From the NCBI RefSeq assembly GCF_009914755.1, contig NC_060942.1: a stretch of DNA of 64,000 nucleotides; one strand, written 5' to 3'. Source of the stretch: the human T2T-CHM13v2.0 reference genome, Homo sapiens. The position numbers and the translations under genes were made by a program. How positions within the stretch are numbered: the stretch's first letter is position 1; each line of letters opens with the position of its first letter. The notes below the pieces were generated by a model that was not told the DNA's origin, did not search any database, and saw only the letters and a list, made by a program, of their open reading frames with translations. Of the stretch, positions 54,556 through 64,000 are shown one piece after another.

Positions 54556-54833
54556 ATGAGCATGAGACAAGAAAGGCAAATAGTGTACAAATGGGAAAAT
54601 TCGGTTGGCTACAGATGTCTTTAAGGCAACATTCAATTCCTGAAGACAGCAGACAATATCTGAAAAGTCCTGAATGAGTGGCCCAGTAGTTTATGCCATC
54701 TTCTCTTCAAACAAAACACAAGAGACATTTCCATGAAGTCAGCAACTTTGTTAACAACTTAGGGACCAAAGCACTCTTTAGTAGAATGGATACCAGTCAG
54801 ACAAGAGATAAAGCATAATAAAAACTCAATTAT

Positions 54834-55130
54834 GAGCCAGACATGGTGGCTCACACCTGTAATTCCAGCACTTTGGTAGGCCAAGGCAGGACAGCTTGAG
54901 CCCAGGAGTTTGAGACCAGCATGGGCAACATGACGAGACTCTGTTCTTACAATTTTTTTTTTTTTAATTAGCCAGGCATGGTGGTATGTGCCTTTAGTCC
55001 TAGCTACTTAAAAGGCTGAGGCTGGAGGATGGGTTGAACCCAGGAGTTCAAGGCTGCAGTGAGCCATTGTCGCATCACTGCTTTCCAGCCTGGGTGACTG
55101 AGTGAGACCCTGTCTCAAAATAAAAACCAA
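54834..55130 (+). mobile_element. AluJ
   Basis: gagcccaggagtttgagaccagc and ccaggagttcaaggctgcagtgagcc; two arms. Confidence 0.93.
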
Positions 55131-55406
55131 AAACTTACATATGGAGAAGACATGGTAAAAAGACTGGCTGTAAATAGTGAATCAATTTAAGCACCAAATT
55201 ATGGTTTCAAATCAAAAATAAAAATAGATACAATTTAAAACAGAAAAGTAATTTTGTATAAATCCTTTTATATTAAAATGTAAAGATTTTTAAGGGATTG
55301 AATAACTCTTGAAGAAACCATTATTTCGGTTTTACTTAGTTTCTTTTTCTTTATTTGAATTCCACAATTTTTATTTTAAGCAGCAAATATAGTATGATAA
55401 TACTTT

Positions 55407-57081
55407 ACATAATTTTTTTCATTTTAGGTTCTGGAGTATATGTGCAGGTTTGTTACATGGGTAAATTGCATGTCACTGAGGCTTGATGGATGAATGATTC
55501 CATTACCAAAGTAGTGAGCATAGTACCTGAAAGGTAATCTTCAAACCCATGTTTCCTCCCACCCCCTACACTCAAGCAGTAGGGGGATCTATTATTCTCA
55601 TCTTTATGTGTATTCTTGTTTATCTCCCACTTATAAGTGAGAATATGTGGTTTTCGGTTTTCTGTTCCTGCATGAGTTTGTTTAGGATAATGGCCTCCAG
55701 CTGCACCCATGTTGCTGCAAAGGACATGATTTCATTATCTTTATGGCTGCATAGTATTCCATGGTGTGTATATACCACATTTTCTTTATCCAGTCCATGT
55801 TGATGGGCATCTTAGTTGATTTCATGTGTTTGCTATTGTGAATAGCATTGTGATGAACATACAAGTGCAAGTGTCTTTTTGGTAGACTGATTTATGTATA
55901 TAACCAGTAACGGGATTGCTGGGTCGAATGGTAGTTTTGTTTTATGTTCTTTGAGAAATTATACTGCTTTCCACAGTGGCTGAACTAATTTACATTCCCA
56001 CCAGCCATGCATAAGTGTTTCATCATCTCTGTTACCTTGCCAGTATCTCACCAGCAACTTAATAATAGCCATTCTTACTGGGGTTAAATGGTATCTCATT
56101 GTGGCTTTTATGTACATTTCTCTAATAATTAATAGTGATGAGAATTTTTCATATATTTGTGGGTCACATGTATGTCTTGTTTTGAAAAGTGTCTGTTCAC
56201 ATCCTTTGCCCATTTTTAACGGGTTATTTGTTTTTTGCTTGCTGATTTAAGTTCCTTATAGATTCTGGATATTGGACCTTTGTTGTATATATAGTTTGTA
56301 AAAATTTTCTCTCATTCTGTAGGTTGTCTGTTTACTCTTGATAGTTTCTTTTGCTTTGCAGAAGCTCTTTAGTTTAATTAGATCTCATTTGTCAATTTCT
56401 GTTTTTTTTTTGTTGTTGTTGTTGTTTTTGAGTCAGAGTCTCGCTCTGTCGCCCAGGCTGGAGTACAGTGGAGCAATCTCGGCTCACTGCAAGCTCTGCC
56501 TCCTGGGTTCACGCCATTCTCCTGCCTCAGCCTCCCGAGTAGCAAGGTCTATAGGCGCCCACCACCACGCCTGGCTAATTTTTTTGTGTTTTTAGTAGAG
56601 ATGGAGTTTCACCGTGTTAGCCAGGATGGTCTCGATCTCCTGACCTCGTGATCTGCCCGCCTCTGCTTCCCAAAGTGGTGGGATTACAGGCGTGAGCCAC
56701 CGTGCCCGACCAATTTCTGTTTTTGTTGCAATTGCTTTTCGGGACTTAGTCATAAATTTTTGCCAAGGCTGATATCCTGAATGGTGTTTCCTAGGTTTTC
56801 TTCTAGAGTTTTGATAGTTTTCAGTTTTACGTTTAAGTCATTAATCAATCTTGAATTAATTTTTCTATATGGTGAAAAGAATGGGCCTAGTTTCAGTCTT
56901 CCCTGTATGGATAGCCAGTTATCTCAGCATCATTTATTGAACAGAGTCCTTTCCTTATTGTTTGTTATTGTCAAGTTTGTAGAAGATCAGGTGGTTATAG
57001 GTGTGTGGCATTATTTTTGAGATCTCTATCTTGTTCCATTGGTCTATGTGTCTGCTTTTGCACCAGTACCATGCTGTTTTG
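55407..57081 (-). mobile_element. 5'-truncated L1PA/PB (ORF2 3' end plus 3'UTR)
   Basis: Minus-strand ORFs give L1 ORF2 C-terminal peptides (MRYHLTPVRMAII, WWECKLVQPLWKAV, DWIKKMWYIHTMEYYAAIK). TSD GATAATACTTT at 55396-55406 and 57082-57092. Confidence 0.95.
56407..56710 (-). mobile_element. AluY inserted in the L1
   Basis: AluY diagnostics (gcaagctc, ttcacgccattctc, accgtgttagccaggatggtctcgatctcctgacctcgtga). TSD CAATTTCTGTTTTT at 56393-56406 and 56711-56724. Confidence 0.96.
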
Positions 57082-60000
57082 GATAATACTTTTTGCTCCA
57101 TTTCCTACTGATCTCTCTGTAAGGAGGTGTAGGAAATGGTGCTCAGCAAATAATAACTAGAGTAATGTGGAGGTGGTGAAAATTCGTATGGTTTAAAGAA
57201 CATGTTTTCTTTATACTTTTTGAACTGCTTGGCTTTTTCTAAACAAGCAACTATTAATTTTACACAAAAAGGCATTTACTTAGCTTCAATTCTAATAACG
57301 TAGGAGAAGAAATGTGAATGGAAAGGAAATAAAGCAGTAACTACTCTTTCTGAAATATCATAACTCAATCAGTGAGTTCAAAATCAGTTTAGAGGCTGGT
57401 CACAGAATCATACTATTCTGTCTACATTTGTATATATTTAATATTTTCCTTAAGACAAATTTTTAAAACACTTAGTTTGTAAGTTATTGAATAAAAGACC
57501 AAACTTTGGCATACATATAGTCCAAGAACATCTTAATATTGTGCCCAAGTTTCACTGTGAAAATAAAATGTCCTTCCTTTCTTTTGTCTAGTTTGGCTGT
57601 TTCTCATATTAATGACAAAAATATTAGAATCAATCAGGGATGAAAATTATTACTTCTGTAGCTTTTCATTTACAGAGGTGAATTTGTATATAAATTTTTT
57701 AGTCAGGAAAAACTGAGTTACACAACCTTTCTTTATAGTTCTCATCTTAAAAAATTGTTTTTCATTTGATTTAAAACCAGACTAATTCAATGACAAAGTA
57801 ACAAGGCAAGTAAAATTATGACAGATGAGGCTGGGCAGGCAGATGAATTTTGATGTGATATTTGAAGCTAAAACCATGTTATAAAACTCATGTGATTCTA
57901 TTTGTTTTAGTGGAATTACTAAGCATTTATTCGCCTCTCATGAGCAAAGTGTTTCATTACTGTATTACAGAATTTTTGTAATGTCCAACAACCTTTTGTG
58001 TGCCAAGAGAAAGAGAGAGGGAGGGAGAGTTGAATAAAAATTTAAAAACAGCAAACAAAATATTTGTCTCTCTTTTACAAAACCATTTAAAATTCATTGA
58101 GTCCCCTTTATTAGCTAACCCAGTGTCACAAACAAAATACAAGGGAGAAGACCGTAATGTAACTTTCTGAGGTCATGTAATGATCAGATTCGTGAAATGC
58201 TGAAATAGGAACTTTACTCTCCTGACTCTTCTTCCTTGTAGTCAAGCAATGAAAGGAAAGAATGTTTGAAGTGACAACTTATGACCTTATTGGGACTCTG
58301 AGTGGTATAGTAAACGTGATTTTAGGGCAGAGAATAGAAAATATTCTATCTGCTATTTTCTTCAAAAGGTTTTAAGAAGTGCTTACCAAGTCCCTGCACT
58401 ACCTAGGAAATGACACTAATACATTTAAGCAGATACAACTCCAGTTTTTCCAGAGCAAAGGTTTTTAACTTGGAGACCATGGATCTGTTGAACCAAGAAT
58501 AAGTTTCAGAGGGTCTATGAAACTTTTACATTTCTATGTTTCTATATATATGACTTATAGAGGAGAGGATCAGAAGTTAAGAGCAAATGCTCTAGAAGTT
58601 ATGTATCTGAATAATATTACAAGAAGCAAAGAATTTTTAAAATTACATTAAATATTAATTTTTTTTGGAAATAGCATCCCATAAAATGTTGGGCTCACAG
58701 GAAACCTCCGAATACTAAAACAGAACTTGTTCTATACGTTTTGTAAACCTACAAACTAGATTCTCCCAACCAAGAACACTCAGAAACCTGACCTGATTAC
58801 AACATACCTCAAAAATCCCAAGTGTACGTATATCTTCTGGGCTGGTGAACATGGCCTCCAACTCTTCAAGTTTTATGCACAGTAGTAGAGGCTAGAAGAG
58901 GAAGCTCAATTTGAATCCCAGGCAAGTCTTTCCAAATTCCCTCACAAACAAAATGCAGTTAGCATTTACAGAATAGAACAGTGCTATTGCATTCTTTTGG
59001 AATTTTAGTAAACTATTGTATGAGCCATGATACTTTTTACTTCTTCTCTTATGAGACTTATCTGAGAGGCCAAGAAAAAAATAACGTGTGTTATCAACAT
59101 TACTTAAAACTCTATAAGTCAACTTTATGGGTTGCAGGTATGAAGGGAGGGTTACAAAGCCCACCAGCTACAGCTTTTCATATATCTCAGTAGAACATCT
59201 CTTGGGTCATATCTAAGAGCATATTAATTTTCTAGTTCTTTTCAAAGTAGTATATCACTGAGTAATGGTCTTCTGTTGGCCTTTGTATTATTTAATAAAT
59301 ACTTCGTCTGTTCTTGTGATGTTGACACGTCAGAGTTTCAAACCTAACTGGAAGAATGTTAGGTTGGAGGAATAATAAACTAGATCACCTTTGGAGCCAA
59401 AAACTGACGTGATCATGACAAGAAAACATAAAGTTACAGTTTAGTGTTTTTGGAAACATTGAACTCTATACTTCCATTTTTGTTCCTCAAGTACCAAAAG
59501 GCATTTATTATGTTCTCTAATTGTTTGCTGCTCATATATGATGGAGTATTAAGCATAAAAATGGCACATCTCTTTTTTTTTCCAAATTATGCATGATTTG
59601 GTAGAAATGGGAGGGAAAAGAAAGGAACAGGTTAGTTATGTTCTTCCCTATCCCTATGTCTCTTGTCTTTCCAAGTGCAAGAATATTGTCTTTCCAATTC
59701 CTTCCATTAAGTATGCCACTTTTGGATTCTGTATTTGTTCTGTCTTTCTAAAGAGTAGCTGACATGCTACTATTTTCATTATCATCTAGAAATATAGGAG
59801 ACATTCTTCACTGAGAAAAATTCTCAGCTGAAAACCTATGAAGTAAGTTAAAACCACAGTTCTTCTAGACAAAGACGTGACTACAACAGCAATTGACTTA
59901 ACTGGCAATATTCTAAGCCAAAGAATATGATTAATTACTTTTCTCTATTGTTTTCCACCTTTTAACAGGTGTTACTATAAATTTGGAAACAATAGGATTC

Positions 60001-61565
60001 CAACAGCTCATGAATTGTTCAATGTTAATGCTGTCCATGAAATATTGTGTCCTGCTTTCTACAAGCAGTGAACGTGTTTGCTTTCTTTTAACACTCTAAA
60101 ATTTATTAGCATATAGATTATGATGTGAAACACACTCATCATTCCACCAAGTTGCTCTAACCAATGTGCCTAGAAGACCAGCATTATTAAGTCACTCCAT
60201 ATATCTTGGTGACTGAATGGTTGATCTTTCTCATCCCATTGACTAATGAGGAGACACTCGAAGTGATCTCTAAATTGGTATGCAACATGCTCTTGATTTA
60301 TAGCAGCACCAAAACTTTATACTTATGAGTTCTATGCCGCAGAGGTACCTGTAACTATAACATTTCTTCCAGCGAAAATAACTATGGCACATTGACAAGT
60401 CAGCAGAATCTCTTGTCCTCAACTCTTCTTTTTCTCCCCGCTTTCCTTCAACCTTTCAACTATTACCCAAAGTCCAATGGGACCACATTTTGATATTTTT
60501 ATTTTGAAAGCATTGTAATTCTAAGCTTTTAAGAATTATCTTTATCACTAGTAGATAAAGTCCAGATAAAGTCACATGGGGTGATTGTGGTATAATGGTG
60601 GCATTGACAATACCTGTTTGCAAAACACATTTCAGTTAATAAGGTTTTATCACAAGCCTAATTATCTCAGTATTACCAATAATCAGACTGGATCTCTAGG
60701 AGATTAATTGACATGAGCTATGTCATGCTGGACTGATTGGCAGATCCATGATTTGGGCTAGTTCTTTGAGGTCTAGTTAGGTGCTCTTTCTACTACATCA
60801 TATTGTGACTATACAGCCATTTTGTTCCCAAAAGCAACATTTTCAACAAGGAAAGAGGATTTTATAAAGGCCTACATAAGGAGACAATGACAGGATATGA
60901 TTTGAGCACTGCTATGTGACAGCGTGACAGAAAAACTCACTCATCTTTAAATCCCTCTTCAACTAGACTATAACAAATGTCTAACATTTTAACATTAGTA
61001 ATACATTCCCTCGAGCAAAGACTTATTTTTCACACATACCCCTGTTAAAATGCAAATATTCCAAAAAGGCAAAAATTCAAGTGACGAAGAGAGTCCATTT
61101 GTTACATTTATTTTTAATGCTAGGTGGGAAGAAATTGAACACAGGCAGGTGAGTATTGAGTTTAGGAAGATTTGCTATAAATGTGTCCTGCTAAGGAGGG
61201 CAGTTCTGAGCATTTTGTGACAATAGGGTTTTTTTCTGGATTAAGTCTTGGCAACATTACAGTGCTAATGTAGGCCTCGAGTGTTTTTTTATTACTGTTT
61301 ATTAGTCTTGAGTGTTTGTGTTAGTGTTTCTTAAGACACTAAAAAGAAGCCAGATTTTCCTAGCAACAGAGTCCAAGGGAAAAAGAAGAAAAAAATAATA
61401 AAAAGGAGTCAGAAACATTGTGAAATTATTTATTTGGCATGCTGTTTAGTGACCACTTTTAACCACCTCCTTTTTCAATTATTCTTTTCATATTTTCTTG
61501 GGAAATTCTACTGCTCAAGGTAGAAGGTAGACAATGGGGACACTGAAAGGAAACTATAGGCTTGG

Positions 61566-61607
61566 TGTATTACTCAGGGTTTTCCAGAGAAACAGAACAA
61601 ATAAGAT

Positions 61608-61652
<45 letters not shown>

Positions 61653-62092
61653 CAGACAGATAGAGAATTGGCTCACCAGAAATTGTGGGGGATGAGAAAT
61701 CCTAGCATCTGCTGTCTGCAAGTTAGAAAACCAGAAAGCTGGCGATGCAATTCAATCCCACTCTGAAAGCCTAAGAAAGGGGTGGGGGAACTGCTGGTAT
61801 AAGTCCCAGACTCTGAAGGCGCCAGAACTAGGAGCTCCCATGTCCAAGGGCAGGAGAAGATGGATGTTCAAGTTCAAGAAGAGAGAGAGAGAATTCACCA
61901 TTCCTCCTCTTTATGCTCAGGTCCTCAGTGGATTGGATGATGCCTGCACACATTGGTGAGGGTGGATCTTCTTGACTCTGGCTATGATTCAAATGCTAAT
62001 CTCTTTGCATAAACATATTTAGAAATAATGTCTTACCATCTCTCTAGGCATCCCTTACTCAGTCAAGTTGAAACATAAAATTAATCATCACA
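61566..62092 (-). mobile_element. ERVL solo LTR (MLT2B-like)
   Basis: TG...CA termini and a perfect 5-bp TSD CTTGG at 61561-61565 and 62093-62097. The right end is the reverse complement of the MLT2 start. Confidence 0.92.
61611..61662. repeat. (GATA)10(GACA)2GATA tetranucleotide STR
   Basis: Read directly from the sequence, inside the MLT2 LTR. Confidence 0.95.
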
Positions 62093-62559
62093 CTTGGGGT
62101 CTGGAATAAGGTGGAGGAAGCAAGACTAAAGAAAGTCTGTTGAGATCTCTCTGAGATGGAATTATCACATCACCAATGCCTAGTCTTTTGAGTTATAGAC
62201 ATCTTTATATATTTGATAAAAGCAATCACTCCTCTCTCCAGAAGAATGTATATAACATGGCACAAAATTTTACATAGAATTTTGAAAGAATCATGAGCTA
62301 CCTGAACACCAAACATAGACTACTAAGAGACCTATGGAACTTACATATTAAAATTTGCACCAGAGGCCATGACTCATAAATATAGGCACATCAATCTTTT
62401 TATTATTGTAGCCTCAGTGCCAAATATCATGTCTGAGCACATGGAAGGTACTCAACAACTAATTTCTAAATAAATAGACTTCAATAGTAGTAGGCACCAG
62501 TAAGAAAAGAATAAATGACTGCTATATACAAACACATGTGTTAATCTTAAGAAAAAATA

Positions 62560-63135
62560 ATGCGGTTGGGAGACAATTGTCCTTGGATATCTCAGGGTGT
62601 ATGCATGACCTAGGCATTCTGAGTAAAGGAGATGTTTTGGCAAACATGCCCTAGAAGCTAGAGATGGCGTCTCCCTAAAGATACAAACCCATAGAGACAT
62701 GCAAATTAATAAAGTCTCTTTCCTCTCTTTCAGATACATTTGTTCACATTACAGGTTAGTAATCTTATCTTCTTCTTCTTTCCCAGAAGATATGTTTAAA
62801 TTGCAGAGTAAAAGCCTTTCTCTCTGGGAAGGAGAGTGACAGGTGTGCCAGCCAGTATATGTAAGTTGCAAGTCTCATAATTTGGGGTTCCTCCCTTGTG
62901 ATGCAAGCCCATTGCATATGTAGGTAAGCATCTGGCTGTCACTGCATCAGCTTGTGGGGATTGGAGAACAGGAAACTGCTGCTGAGATGCTGCTTTGGCT
63001 ACTCTTTTCCTATAAGTAATAAACAGTCTGTGTCTCTTACATAGAGCTTTGTTTTCTTTTGTCAGCACAGGTATATAAAACTATGACAAACTAATTTGTT
63101 ATATCACACATGGAGGTAATCACAGTTCTGTTATA
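62560..63135 (+). mobile_element. ERVL-type LTR (MER76-like)
   Basis: gttgggagacaattgtcc..., agctagagatggcgtctccct, agtaataaacagtctgtgtctct. Subfamily assigned from memory. Confidence 0.6.
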
Positions 63136-63139
63136 GTTT

Positions 63140-63420
63140 CAGACCACATGAAGGAAACCAGACATTAATGGAGAAAACTTTGTATGATTTCTCTTACATT
63201 CAGGAAAAAGCAAAACTAATCCTCAGTGATAGAAATCAGAGTTGTGTTTTTCTCTGGGGTATACGAACTGAAAAGAGAAAGGAAGAAGTCTTCTGGAGTG
63301 TTTAAAATGATCTATATATTGCTTTAGATGGTGGTTACATGAATATAAATATTCAATTATCACCTAAGATTTGTGTAGTGTACTGCATGTATGCTATACC
63401 TCAATAAAATATTGCATAAT
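63140..63420 (+). mobile_element. L1ME 3' end fragment
   Basis: gcaaaactaatcctcagtgatagaaatcaga...tatgctatacctcaataaa. Confidence 0.75.
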
Positions 63421-63619
63421 AGAAAGGCCTATAGAAAAATGCCCTTTAAATTTCAGCAAGAAGTTAAGCTTAAGAAGAGAGCATATGTCTCCAAAAGCTT
63501 TTTATGAGGTACCTGACCCAACTTCTCTGACGTATTTTCACTGTTACATAGCATCAGAGTGTGCCATACATCACCTAGTTAATTATTCCTGCGGCCAGAG
63601 CTGGGAAATTTGGAAGGCT

Positions 63620-64000
63620 TGTATAATGGCTAATTTTATGTGTTGACATGGCTAGGCCATGGGTTGCCCAGATATTTGAAAAGATCAAACATTATTTGGG
63701 TGTTTCTGTGGGATGTTTCTGGGTGAGATTAACATTTAAGTTGATGGACTTTGAGTAAAGCAGAAAACCCTCTGTAATGTGGTGGGCCTCATCCAATCAG
63801 CCAAAGGCCTGAATCAAACAAAAAGATTAGCTTCCCTTGAGCAAGAGAGAATTCAGCAGACTGCCTTCAGCCTTCGTCGGCAACATCAGCAATTCCTGAT
63901 TCTATAGCAGATGGCCTCAGACTCGAACTGGAATATCAGCATCAGCTCTCCTGAGTCTCTAGCCTGCCATCCTACATCCTGCAGATTCCAGACTTGCTGG
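63620..64000 (+). mobile_element. ERVL LTR (MLT2C/D-like), running off the window end
   Basis: tgtataatggctaattttatgtgttgac...gtgggcctcatccaatcag. Confidence 0.88.

Noticed and set aside
62734-62754. Apparent 21-nt microexon (tttcag|ATACATTTGTTCACATTACAG|gttagt)
   Set aside because: It lies inside a probable ERVL LTR with no host reading frame in the window.

Overview
This is AT-rich, CpG-poor primate (very probably human) genomic DNA, intronic or intergenic, dominated by interspersed repeats: about 13 Alu elements, L1/L2/MIR fragments, MaLR/ERV1/ERVL solo LTRs, DNA-transposon MITEs and microsatellites. I find no intact protein-coding gene, RNA gene or CRISPR array; most ORFs in the track are Alu, L1 or simple-repeat translations or chance ORFs. 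The only gene-derived sequence is a decayed processed UBA52 (ubiquitin-RPL40) pseudogene on the minus strand at about 21.35-21.85 kb. Three structures are the most unusual: (1) a ~345-bp fold-back hairpin built from one Alu arm at 45464-45807, (2) a ~225-bp inverted duplication (22689-22913 vs 26347-26567) with a 24-bp perfect palindrome at its junction, and (3) a near-perfect 70-bp VNTR at 31151-31409. I cannot support a new biological system from this sequence; the findings are local rearrangement scars and candidate structural or regulatory elements. Repeat subfamily names come from recalled consensus sequences and need RepeatMasker/Dfam confirmation. Boundaries without a target-site duplication (TSD) are approximate.
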